In this document: one piece after another, positions 24,394-35,444 of the stretch | Layout: each line of letters begins with the position of its first letter | Numbering within the stretch: the stretch's first letter is position 1 | DNA from: Hyaloraphidium curvatum SAG 235-1 | Lineage: Eukaryota > Fungi > Monoblepharomycota | Reading direction: 5' to 3' | Assembly: GCA_025558095.1 (NCBI GenBank) | Contig: JAIVFI010000022.1 | Coordinates: 496,001-560,000, forward strand | Length of the DNA: 64,000 nt | Notes under the pieces: model-generated | Seen by the model: the letters and a program-made list of their open reading frames with translations, nothing else | Database searches by the model: none | Told to the model about the DNA's origin: nothing | Program-made: the position numbers and the translations under genes

Positions 24394-25588
24394 TTGGATA
24401 ATCAGTACAAGTACGTTCCTGCCTTGACCGAACTGCCGCGGGGACTGCTCACGATCTACGGACAGCCATTGAAGAGGCAACCGGACTTTTCCACCACGGC
24501 CTCGGCGAGCGCAGCGCGGTGGCCAAAGCTCGCTTCTGGAGGAAAGACAGAGGACGGATGCCCGGAATCGCCGCTCCTGCGGCACGTAGCAGTCGACGGA
24601 TTGTGCCCTTGCCCGTCCCCAACGTGCGCAGGCGACCTGCCGCGGCGCGGCGGCTTGACTCGTCTGGTGTTGCTCGTTGCCGGCCCGCCGCTGTGGCAGC
24701 TTGTTATCTACGACATCCTCGTGCCTTGGACCTTCATAATCAGTTTCGGGAGCTACACGTGGTCCTAGCCGGGGCTCGCGGTTGTCTTTTCGCTCTCGCT
24801 TTTCTTCGGCGTGCTCTTCAATTACGTTGTCGCGTGGGGAAGCCTTGCCGGAGGGGCCGGCCAGTTTGTTTTGCAGCCATACCTGCGGCGCCTGCGAAGG
24901 CGGGCCATGAAGGACGCCCTCGACGCGATGCTGGATCGTCATTCGCGGGTAATGGAGGACGATCGTGCCGGCACTCCGAGCTCGCCGGCAGACTTTGCCG
25001 TCGCGCAATCCTACGAGGTCCTTCACTCCCACCTTGCACCGCTGTGGGAAGCCTCGGCCAGCAACCGCAACTTCACCCCGTTGGTCTTTGTCCACACAGT
25101 CTGGTGCATCATCTTCGGGCTGCTCTACCTCGTGGGTATTGGAAATGCCGCGCAGAGCCAACACTGACGATGTTTCCCTCCCACAGGCAACGGGTCGCTG
25201 CATTCCCGGCTTTGTCGTCGGCATACTGCTGTATCAGCTTTCAACCTTCGTGTTCGCCGTTGGCTCGGCCTCCGGCGCCAACGCCTCGATCAGTGACGCC
25301 CGGCACCTCTACCTCGCAGCGCAGTACCGCCTCCGGACCTTCCTCGCGCGACACGGCCCCTTCCCATCTGCCGCCGCGGACTCGCTCCGCGCGCACGACG
25401 CGCTGCTCGCCGCCTGCATCGCGCAGGCGGATGCGTCGGGGATGAAGCTCTTTGGCGCGACGGTCGGGCCGTCGGCCGTGCGGGTGACGGTCGTGACTCT
25501 GTTCACGATCCTGCTGGGCCTGTGGACCATCATCAGGGGCCTCGGAGGCACGCTGACGCTCGAGAGCATGTGTCCTATCGTTGCGTGA
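24394..25588 (+). pseudogene. 5'-truncated member of the 7-TM LTLESxCP membrane family, in-frame TAG at 24766-24768
   Basis: LLRH...LCPCPSPTCAGDL, LHSHLAPLW, CIPGF, LRAHDALL and LWTIIRGLGGTLTLESMCP align with 36798-38333. TM1-2 are missing. One intron at ~25132-25186. Confidence 0.75.
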
Positions 25589-25772
25589 CCTTATGTACTC
25601 GGCCTCGATTTCGAAAGTGCTCTTGAAAACGGCACTCCCGCCGAGTCACGTCATGTCGAGTCACAAAGCGCAGGGACGCACCCAATAGGGAAATGATCCC
25701 TCATTCACTCATTCACTCCCTATTCCTCACTCACCAAACACTGCATATCGTCCGCTCATCTATCTGGCCTAC

Positions 25773-26442
25773 ATGAGAGCCGCCCTTGCCGCCCTCACAC
25801 CCTTCTTCGCCCTGCTCGCTGTCGCCGCGTGGGTGCCACGGCGCCGCCCCCACCGCCCGCCGCCGCTGTGCTGACTGCACTTCCCGACACAGACCGGCTC
25901 TCGGGGCCCCCGCCGCCTCCTCCCCGGCCATCTTCGTGCGCTCTTGTGACGAGTGCGACACGAACCAATATTGGTCAGCGAGGATTTCCGTCCCCAAACG
26001 CGCCGGCCGCGCTGACGGATGACTCCGCTTCAGCGAATTTTCGCACCCCGGCGCGTCCTCCGAAGCACCGCTCGCCTGCGTCTCGTACACGGACGGCCAC
26101 TCGCTATACCGCCGCTACGATTACACCGGCAACTGCCTCGACCGGCCGGGACTGGACGCCAAGTTCTACTACGAGTCAGCGTCGGGCAGCTACTGCTGGT
26201 GGTTTTCCGAGCAGGGCGGCGCGTGGAAGCTCAACATCGCCGAGGGGACATGCCCGCAGTCGACTCCGCTCGTCGCCTTCGACGTCGTGGCGGCCTCGGG
26301 GAGCGCCCCGGGGACGTGCTGGACCGCCAGCCCCAACGGCGTCCAGTTCGGGCCCGGCTGCAACTCGTTCGTCATGCACGGGGGTTCGGAATCGTGCGGC
26401 GGGGCTACGGGCACCATTCCCATCACGGTTCCGTTTGCCTAG
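25773..26442 (+). CDS. Small secreted cysteine-rich protein B (same pro-domain as 22165-22880, unrelated mature domain); not in ORF track
   Basis: Introns 25829-25892 and 25974-26033 give MRAALAALTPFFALLAVAAPALGAPAASSPAIFVRSCDECDTNQYCEFSHPGASSEAPLACVSYTDGHSLYRRYDYTGNCLDRPG...PITVPFA*. Confidence 0.85.
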
Positions 26443-26899
26443 GGGCAGGATCGGGCCCGGGTCTCGCTGTCACCCGCATAGCGCAGCAATCTGTAACCTA
26501 CTCAACCAGCTGCTCTCAATCTGTATCGTCATATCCGCCGTTCGGTCACCCGGCGTCCCGTTCGCAGGCAGGTATGCTTCCGGTTCTTCTCATGCTGTCC
26601 GCGGAACCGCAGCAACCGCTGGACTGCGCGCTCAACCAACGAGTTTGGCCCTGTCAACCATTCTGTCACGGAAGGAAAGGGGAATCCATCCGACCATTCC
26701 ACTTTTCGTCTGCATTGTCGCTTCCCGTTGCGTTACGTGGGTTCGTAGTGCGGGGCGGGGGTTTCGGGCCGTGAGCGGTGGCAAAGGCGGATGGAGTGAC
26801 GCGGGCAGAGATCCTGTACCATACCCTCCCTCGAATCACAAGGCGAATGCATGATGCATAATGGCGATACTCCTCATGCGCCGGCCCCCCGTCTCCCCC

Positions 26900-28734
26900 T
26901 TATTCCACAGCGAACCAAAGTCCCCCAGGGTAGACCGCCCCGTCATTCCCGCACGAGAACTTCATGTCCCCCGGCTGCGTCCTCATGAAGCACGTGGCCG
27001 GCCCCCGCCCGAACTCGATGAAGAACTGCAGGCACGGGAGCGCGTCGCACAGGCCCCGGCACCACAGCGTCATGGCCACCGCGGAGTTGTCGAAGTTCGC
27101 GGCGTCGTCCACCTGGGAGGCGTCGTAGTCGGGCGTGGTGCAGCCGGGGGAGAAGTTGCCCCTGCGGACGTAGGCGCGGGTCGCGGTGCGCGTCTGCGTC
27201 CGCGTCGGGGTGAGCGACGGCGTCTCGCTCGCGGTGGAGGACGTCAGACTCTCCGACGTTGTCGAGCTCGCGAGGGTCTCGGAAGTGCTTGAGCTCGTGA
27301 GGCTTTGGGAGGTGGTTGAGCTCGTGAGGCTCTCCGAAGTGATCGAGCTGGTCTGCGACAGGCTCGTCGTTGTCCGGGTCTGGCTGGTCGTCGCGCTTGC
27401 GGATGTTGTTGAGCTCGTGAGGCTCTCCGAAGTGGTCAAGCTGGTGATGGTCTCCGACGTAGTCGAGCTCGTAAGGCTCTCGCTGGTAGTCGAGGAGGTC
27501 CGGGTCTCGCTTGTCGTCGAGCTGGTGGCGCTCTGGCTGGTTGTGCTGCTGGTCGCGCTGATGGTCGAAGTCGCTGGCGTGAAGGACGTGCTGCTGAGGG
27601 TCGAGCTCGGTAGAGTTTCGGTGCTGCTGGTCTGCGCTTCGGACGTCGTAGCCGAAAGCGAGCTTGTACTCGCTGTCCCGGAGGTGGTGGCCGTCAAAGA
27701 AGAGCTCGCAGTGGCGCTGGATGTCCACGGCAGCGTGGTGATTGCCGCACCCGTGACCGACGTCGTCTGGAAGGGACGCAGTATCAGCCTGGTTGTTCGC
27801 CGGAGACACGACGAGCGACCGACCCCCTGGATGAACGTCCCGCCATCGACGCTCGTCGCCCCCGCCGGCCACGCGATCCGGCCCACCTCGATGCACCCGT
27901 CCAGCACGGCCAGAAGCAGCTCCGGCGGGGGCGGGGTGGTGGTATTGCCCGCCGCGGAGCCGTCCGTGCCCGTGCGCATGGCGAACAGGGGGTTCGGGGG
28001 GCAGTCGCGCGCGGCGAGGCGTCGGGCCGGCGGGGCGCCGGCGACGAGATCCACGCCCGGCCACGGGATTCCGGAGGGGTCGACGAGCCGCACGGACAGG
28101 GTGAAGCGGAGGGGGATCCTGGCGGTGGCGGTGCGGCGCGGGGTCGTCCTCCTTTTCGGTGTGCTCGCGCGGCGGGTCCGCGTGATCGTCCGCGTCAGGG
28201 TGCGGCGGGGGGGGCAGCACCACCGCGAGCCGGATGGCGTGTCCGAGGTGCGGAGGATGGCGACCCCGCGCGGGCAGGCGGGGCAGAGGTGCCGGGGGGC
28301 GAGCGCGTGGCCGACCTGCGGGGCGGCGTCGTCGGGCTCGCGCGGGGTGAAACCCCGGCCCGCGATCGCGGCCGCGGCTAGCGGACGGGCAAACCGAATT
28401 GCCGTCACGGTTTTTGTGACCGTTGCTGGGGCCAGGCGCGGGCAGCTGCGGGGCGATCAGGCTTCCGCGTGGGTGCGGTACGGCGGGACACGCACCAGCA
28501 GCCGTCCGCGGTCGGGTACGTGCAGCCCCGGCAGCTGAGACGGAGACGGGTTAGCTGCGGCCGATTCGGGGCGGCGGAGGCGCACCAAACAGGGGCCGCG
28601 CGCCAGGGCATCGACGCGGCCGCAGCGGGGCCGGTGGTGCGGAGCACCGCGAGGAGCAGCGCGGCCGCGAGGAGCGCCGCCTGTCGCGGGTGGAAGCGCG
28701 CCGACGCGGCACCGTGGAGGCGGAGGTGTGCCAT
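26900..28734 (-). CDS. Secreted mucin-like Ser/Thr-rich protein with Cys motifs and C-terminal PAN/apple-like Cys domain
   Basis: Hydrophobic N-terminus (AALLAAALLLAVL), short Cys exons, LAPRHLCPACP..CCPPR motif, long S/T stalk, terminal WCRGLCDALPCLQF...TCFMR. 5' exon structure is approximate. Confidence 0.7.
27235..27570 (-). repeat. 30-nt coding tandem repeat (TSESLTSSTT-like, ~10 degenerate copies)
   Basis: Plus strand shows recurring gagctcgtgaggctctccgaagt units at 30-nt periodicity. Confidence 0.85.
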
Positions 28735-29135
28735 CGCCGCGGTCTTCTTCTCGGCGCCGGGCGGGGAACGCGCAATAACTCGCCAAGCGCGCCTGGTGGC
28801 TGTGCCGGCCGGATGCCGCACCCCCACCGGCCATCGAAAGCATGGAAGCGAGGCACGGAAGCACATGGCGCAGGCCGCGACTGCCGTCGGGGGTATTACC
28901 GCCGTTACCTGGCGCCGCGGCGCCGCCCACTGGGGCGATACAGCGGACTTCCACCCTGCACGGACACAGCCACCAGGCGGAGGATCGGGCGCGGGGGACG
29001 CGGAGAGGGCGGCTGAGGGGAGAATGAGGACGTGGAGATGGGGGAGTAAAGCTATTGGTGGATGGTTCGTGATGGTATCCCCGTGTGGAGAGAAGGATAC
29101 CACAACACAGCCACGCTCGACGCCGAACCGCCGAC

Positions 29136-29216
29136 GTGGTGATGTTCGCCGTGCTGCTGCGCCTGTGGACCATCGTTAGGGGCTTGGGGGCACTCCAGAG
29201 CATGTGCTCCACTGTT
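29136..29216 (+). pseudogene. Tiny remnant of the C-terminus of the 7-TM LTLESxCP family
   Basis: Translates VVMFAVLLRLWTIVRGLGALQSMCSTV versus LFTILLGLWTIIRGLGGTLTLESMCPIV at 25498-25585. The nucleotide strings gcctgtggaccatc and agagcatgtg are shared. Confidence 0.6.
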
Positions 29217-29892
29217 TTGCGATTCCATGTAGTCTCGCAGTAAAGGATCATCCTTGCAGTAGTAGGGAAAGGCGTGTCAGGACGCATCCAGCGCCGAAGT
29301 TGCGCCAGATAACCGCCCGTTGGTGACTGGAAGAAAGGGAGGAGGCCAGAAAAGTTGTCTCCGAAGAGTGTATGGGGCTATCTTCGCAGAGCTTCACTCA
29401 GGGATGTGGGCGCTGCGGAACAGAACCTGTCAAGGGGCGTCAGCGAAGGAATTCGGGGGCCGGGTCAGAACTGTCACTACAAACCAATCCCAAAAAGTTG
29501 AAATCGCTGCTTTCGGTGCCTGTTGTTGTCGGTTTCGTGACACGGTGCCCGGGCCGGGTCCCGGGGGAAGGGCACCCGCCGGCGGCCCGGGTGTGGCATT
29601 CCCGGCCTCCGGCCACCGGGCAAACCCTTGCAGCGAAATGCATGAATCCATTTTATGCATGCCCGCTGCTGTGCGCCGGGGTCGGCAACTGAGGCTCCTC
29701 GGGGACGGTGGCGGGACCGCGCGTGTTGGGTGCCCGGAGCACGCGCAACCTCACCGCGGACCTCAAAACAAACACGGCAATTGCCGCACGCGCGTCAGCG
29801 GCCTCCTCGGCGGGCGGCGTTTTGCGGGACTTCCGGCCTTCCGCGGCGGGACGGCACGGCGGCGCGCGCTGCCCCGAGCGCGGCGGCAAACA

Positions 29893-32294
29893 ATGGACGC
29901 GCACGCGGCCGGGGGGCGGCGGCGGCCCGCGCTCGACGACACCGACGGCGACTCGGCCGCCACGCTGCTGCCCGACGCCGTCGCCGCCGCCGTCGGCCCG
30001 TGCTACTCGGCCGGCCCGGCCGCCGCCGCGTGGGGCATCGACGCGCACGCCGCGCACGGCGACCAGCGGGTGCCGCGCAAGGAGGTGCCGCTCGCGCCCA
30101 TGCAGACGCGGCTGCGCTCCGTGCTCGAGGCGCCGGACGCCCACGGCAGGCTGCCGGCACCCGGGAAGCCCGCAAACAACACCCCGCTCGACCTGCCCCC
30201 GCTGCCCGCGCTGCCGCACCCCGCAGACCCGGCACACAGCAGGCGCAGCTGCGACGTGCCGCAGCAGAGGCCGCAGGTGCAGCGCTCGGGCTCGGAGGGC
30301 TTCGTCAAGCCGGTGGCCGGGCGGGTCGGGCCGTGGATCCTGGGGCGGACGTTGGGCAGCGGCAGCGTCGGTGGGTGGCCCTTTCATTTTATTGGGAAAT
30401 TCCCTCCGGCTTACAGGAAGCCGCTCCCGCGCTCCCGCTTCATGTGTTGACCCCGCTTCGCACCCCGCTTGGTGTTCAAACCGCTTCGCACCTGGTGCCA
30501 CCTGTCAAACTCCGCACCCCGCGCGCCCACTCCGCCGCGCCGCCCACCAGGCAAGGTGAAGCTCGCCACGCACAAGGACACGGGCCAGCGCGTCGCCATC
30601 AAGATCGTGCCCAAGGAGGAGGTGTACAAGGACGACCGCAAGGGCGCGCCGCGCAAGCGGGACCACCGCCTGAAGCTCGAGCGCGAGGTGGCCATCATGA
30701 AGCTCATCAAGCACCCCAACGTGCTGGAGCTCTACGACGTCTACGAGTCGGACACGGACCTCTTCCTAGTGCTCGAGCTGGTCGAGGGCGGCGAGCTGTT
30801 TGACTACCTGGTCTCGCGCGGCCGCCTGCCCGAACCCGAGGCCCTGCACTTTTTCCAGCAGATCATCGGCGGGCTCTCCTACTGCCACTCCCACCTCGTG
30901 TGCCACCGCGACCTCAAGCCCGAGAACCTCCTGCTGGATCCCTCGTGCCGGCGCGTCAAGATCGCGGACTTTGGCATGGCCAACCTGCAGCTCCCCTCCC
31001 GCCTCCTCCAGACCAGCTGCGGCAGCCCGCACTACGCCTCCCCCGAGGTCATCCGCGGCGTGCAGTACGACGGCGCCGGGGCCGACATCTGGTCCTGCGG
31101 CGTCATCCTCTACGCCCTCCTCACCGGCGGCCTCCCCTTCGACGACCCCGACATCAAGCGGCTCCTGGCCAAGGTCAAGACGGGCGTCTACGTGGTGCCC
31201 GGCCGCGACATCTGCTCCCCGCAGTGCCAGGACCTGATCGCGCGCATGCTCACGGTGGACCCGGCGAACCGCATCGGCATGCGCGACATCGTGCGGCACC
31301 CCTTCTTCACCTCCCGCGCGCCGCCGCCGGCCTCGGTCGTGCCCTCGGTCCTGGGCAGCGGCGACTGGCCGGCGGTGCCCGCGGAGCACCTCGACGCGGA
31401 CCTGGTCAGGCAGCTCGCGGTGCTGGGCTGGGGCACCCCCGCGCAGATCGCCGCCCGGCTGGGTGCCGAGGAGGCCAGCCTCGACAAGGCGTTCTACGAG
31501 CTGCTCGGGCGGAGGCAGAGGGAAGGCAGGGAACGCCGCGCGGGCCGCCTCGTCGAAGCCCCGGCGAAGCCGCACGCCGCCGAAGAACGCCCGCACCCCC
31601 CTCCGCGCCGCGCGCCGCCCCCCAAGATCGCCATACCCACCGCCGACGAGGCCGCGCGGCTGTCGCAGCCCGCGGCGTACGAGGGGACCACCCCGCGGTT
31701 CCACCGCCCCGTGCGGCGGTCCGGCTCTGGGGCGTCCGAGGCGTCGCTCACGGGTTCGGCGAGCCCCAAGCGGAGCTGGTTCGCGAACCTCTTTTTCGGG
31801 CGGGGGGAGGGGATGGCGGCCAGCCCTTCGGCGTCCAGCGCGAGCGATGCGGAGAGCATGGTGTCGGACGGGTCGGCGGCGGCACCGGACGAGGACCCCG
31901 GCAGGGCCATCAGGGTGCGGGTCGGGGTGCCAAGCGATGTGGGGGCGGACAGGGCGGCGGCGGACGTGGCGGGGGTGCTGGCCGTGCGCGGGGCCAGGGC
32001 GGAGCACGTGCCGCACCTCGGGGCGTGGCTATGCTGGCAGGGGGAGGCGGCGTACGTGCTGACGCTGGCCGAGGGGGAGGGGGGGTGGGTGCTGGAGGGG
32101 GCTCCGAGGAACGGTGGGTGCTTCGAAGGGTGCGGTCGTGGGAAGGTTGTGCTCAAGGTTGCATGCGCGCAGAGCTGGCGAGGGTCGAGGTGGAGGCCGT
32201 GTGCGGGGAGCTCAGGGCGAGGTGGGGACGGGGCAGGATCGGGCGGGCGCTGGGGAGGCTGATGGGCAGCCGGGAGGGCGGGGCGGGGCAGTAG
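29893..32294 (+). CDS. CAMKL Ser/Thr kinase, Gin4/Hsl1/Cdr2-BRSK-like, with probable UBA-like and KA1-like C-terminal regions
   Basis: GRTLGSGSVGKVKLA (intron 30371-30550), VAIK, EREVAIMKLIKHPNV, HRDLKPEN, DFGMA, TSCGSPHYASPE, SPKRSWFANLF. Second intron near 32114-32172. Confidence 0.93.
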
Positions 32295-32426
32295 ACGTGC
32301 GGCGGACGGACGGGGATTTGCGTGCGGCACGGGCCGTAGACCAAAAATGACGATTGATTGATGATTGAACAGCCGGCACCGAGTCCTTGGTCCTCTGCAA
32401 CCAGCAAGCAAGGGCCGTCGTATCGT

Positions 32427-33335
32427 CTACTCCGTCTCCGCGGCCTGGGCGGCCGGTCGACAGATCCGTCTATGGTTGGACCAATCCTTGCGCTGGCAGT
32501 CCTTCGAACAGTACTCAACCATCTTGCATCGAGAGCACCTCTGGAAGCTGTTCTTCTCGGGCGCAACTAGGTGGCAGGAAGCGCAAACGACTCCGATACC
32601 AGGTCCTGGAAGGTCCCTCCGCGCCGCTCTCGCCTTTGACCAGTGTTTGACCCTTTTGCACACCGCGTGCTCGCATGAGACACAGCTCATGAATGCTTCT
32701 ACCAGCAGTTGCCAAGGCCAATGGTCGGGCAAGAGAGCGTGGAGGAGCTGCCATTGGTCTGACTCGCGACCGCAGTTGATGCAGGGGTAAGCCCAGGCTT
32801 TCGGCTCGATTAGCTTCATGAGATCCTGGGCTTCACGGCCGAGGCACGTCATGATTGCGTCTTTGCTGTCGCCGCGGCGGAAAAGAGCCTCGGGCACTTC
32901 GACTTCGACCGGCGGCGCGAGGTCCACAAACACTGGATCGGCGGCGTCCTCCGGCCACGATTCCGCGATCCGCGGAACGATCATTACCGGGTGCTTTCCA
33001 TCCCGCGCCGGAGGTAGGCCCCTCCGCTCGGACACCAGGACCCGCTCCGCCCGCTCCGAGCACGCGGGTTCACCGCACACAGCCAGGACGCAGACGCGTG
33101 CCGGGGCCGACGAGAGCACCAGCGCACATCGGGCGCTCTCGTAGGGTCTCGTCCGGCATGCGAAGCACTTGGTCGCGTGCTCGGCCGCCAGCTCCTGGCC
33201 GCGGGACTCGCACGCGGGTGCCACGAGCTCCAGGTTCTCCGGCGACAATGGCGCGTCCGTTTCCTCGGAGATAACGAGCGGCTTCTTCATGTTGCCGTCC
33301 AAGATGAGGAACGTGACGGGACTAAGTGCCTCCAT
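32427..33335 (-). CDS. MYND zinc-finger protein with two tandem CxxC...CxxxxC modules (pair A)
   Basis: C-terminal CASC...RCSRCKMVEYCSKDCQRKDWSNHRRIC. Upstream KCFAC..VCGEPAC and PCINC..SCEHAVC. Intronless. Confidence 0.88.
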   Translation of the reverse strand: MEALSPVTFLILDGNMKKPLVISEETDAPLSPENLELVAPACESRGQELAAEHATKCFACRTRPYESARCALVLSSAPARVCVLAVCGEPACSERAERVLVSERRGLPPARDGKHPVMIVPRIAESWPEDAADPVFVDLAPPVEVEVPEALFRRGDSKDAIMTCLGREAQDLMKLIEPKAWAYPCINCGRESDQWQLLHALLPDHWPWQLLVEAFMSCVSCEHAVCKRVKHWSKARAARRDLPGPGIGVVCASCHLVAPEKNSFQRCSRCKMVEYCSKDCQRKDWSNHRRICRPAAQAAETE

Positions 33336-33553
33336 GTTGCTCAGAAACTCCCGTTCGGGCACCGTGAGGTGTGTGGGTAAACAAAGCGACGCTCGGGAGG
33401 CGGCCCCAGTCCCGGTGGCGTACCTCCTCGCGGAAAATGGATGTCCGAAACGCGGATAATGTCCAGTTCAATGAAGGAGGACCTACGAAGGTTGCTTCGG
33501 GGCGGTTGTCAATCTCCCAGCGCGATCGGCGCGTTGCCCCCGACATACCGAGA

Positions 33554-35301
33554 ATGGGTAACCTCCTCTCTGCCGATGAGCCCCATGCCGCTGCCTGCGA
33601 GAGATTCGAGCCTCCAAGCGCTCCCGCGCACCCCGAGGAAGACGCTGCAGAGCCCGTCGTCGAGCTGTTCTGGGTTTCCCGCCAGCCTCACGCGCTCCCC
33701 CCGATGCGTCGCAGCGGGCGATCGATTCCGTCCTCGGACGCGTACCTCGCGACGCGTATCTTGCGCAGCTGAAAAGAGCAGGAGTTTTGCCGAGCATGAC
33801 GCCCGCGCTCCGACGCGTTTCTCCGCCCGACGAGGCGGTCGCGCGGATCGTCTCGTTCGCCGCGCCCCTCCACTGTCACGAGCACAGGGATAAAGACTGC
33901 TGCAAAGAAGGGAGAAAGGTCGCGGCGGTACTGGCGAGGGTGAACAGGCAGTGGGCCCGCGCCGCCGTCCCGAGGATCTGGTGCTGCGTCGACTCCGGGT
34001 TTGCGAACGAGGTCCTGTCGCGACTGCTGATCCTGGCCGATGCCGGCAAGCGGGCCACGATCCGATCGCACGTCAGGAACCTGCGCGTGGATCCGGACGA
34101 CATCGAGTTCCCGTGCGGCTTCTCGGACCTAGTTTCGGTGCTCCCCAACCTCTCTTCGGTCTCATTCGCGGAATCAGACGTCGACTGGCTCTCGGAAGAC
34201 GAAGAAGAGTGCTCGGAGCTCGATGAGGTCGAAAAGCTCCACCGCTGGGGCCATGGAACTCTTCGATCTCGCCCGGTCCTGCGGAGCCTCGCCCTGATGT
34301 GCCGGCCGGACAACGGCATCCGCACCCTCCGCCTCGCCTGCTGGGACTTCGACGAAGCCGATCTCCGCGACTGCCTCCGCAACCTACGCCGCCTCCGAAA
34401 CCTTGAGATCCAGGCTTTCGAAGCGCTTTCGGACCGTGTGATCGCGCAGATCGTTTCGGCCGTTCCCGCGGACCTGAAGGAGCTCGCGATCGGATGCCGC
34501 GAAACCGGGCCGCACATGCCGCTCCTGGACTCGCACATGCAGATGATCATGACCCGCACCAACCTTTCTCTACTGTCGATCGACGGCTCGCACTCCCTTA
34601 CCGACGCCGCGCTGGGCGCCGCGCTCGCAAAGTTCGACAACCTGGTCACGCTGCGGCTCCGGCATTGCCCGAAGATCACCGACTTTGCCATCGTCAGGGC
34701 GGCGAGCGCGCAGCTGACCACACTGGTTCTGAAGAACATGCCGGGAATCACCGCCGGGGCCCTGGTGCAGGTGCTGGGCAGGCTCCAAGAGCTGACCATC
34801 GCAGACTGCGCGGGAATCACGGTAGGGTGACGTGGCTTCTGATCTGCGCCACAGATTTGACGCCACCGATGATCCCAGGACGGACTGCTGACCAGATACC
34901 AGTGGCACGCTCTCCCGAAACTCGAATCCATCGGCTTCCGCGACCTGGGCAACCTCACCGCCTCATCTCTCGGCATGCACTTCTCCAAGCCGCGCGCGCA
35001 CCTCCGCCGCCTCGACCTGTCCTGCACCAAGGCGGATTCGCAGACCGTCGAAGCCCTTTCCGTCTCATGTCCCGGGCTGGTTTCCCTCCGTCTGGCGGGT
35101 TGCCTGGCCTCGCGTGAAGCGGTGTACATTGCATCTGCGAAGCTCGACAAGCTCGAGCTGCTCGACGTGCGCGGGATGCCCTGGGCGGAGGGCGAGGCGT
35201 TGCAAACTCTGAGGGAAGGGATGTGCCGAGCGGGGTGCAAGATCGTCGCGGATGAAGACGAGGATGACGTCGATGAAGACGAAAAGAAGTGGATCGTGTA
35301 A
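33554..35301 (+). CDS. F-box/LRR (RNI-like) protein, N-myristoylation motif (pair A); apparent -1 frameshift in C6 run near 33700
   Basis: MGNLLS start, PDEAVARIVSF..ARVNRQWARAAVPRIW F-box-like motif, LRRs (LRLRHCPKITD), one intron near 34830-34880, ends DEDEKKWIV*. Adding one C restores colinearity with the paralog at 44074-45913. Confidence 0.8.
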
Positions 35302-35444
35302 CTGAAGGCAGACAAGGCGTCCCATTATGACCGCTGACTCACCCCTTGAAAGTCTCCTCCACCACCTACAAGAGCTCGGAACCGCGCAGCCCCACCCCTA
35401 TCGCCCACAATCTGCCATCCATCTCCCGAAGAAGACCATTCAGC

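Noticed and set aside
24766-24768. In-frame TAG here and at 61141 as evidence for stop-codon reassignment
   Set aside because: TAG terminates intact genes in this window (e.g. 5030, 22880, 46872, 47039), and both affected loci are otherwise truncated.
27235-27570. 30-nt periodic repeat considered as a CRISPR-like array
   Set aside because: Contiguous in-frame coding repeats with no unique spacers, no cas genes, and a eukaryotic context.
27186-28538. Plus-strand ORF with regular VVELVRLSE repeats that looks like a beta-solenoid or TM protein
   Set aside because: It is the reverse complement of the Ser/Thr mucin repeat. The minus strand has the signal peptide and Cys domains.
29190-29290. Minus-strand KTVEHMLWSAP resembling a LINE zinc-knuckle (ETVEHLL..CP)
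   Set aside because: It lacks the cysteines and is better explained as the antisense of the 7-TM family remnant.
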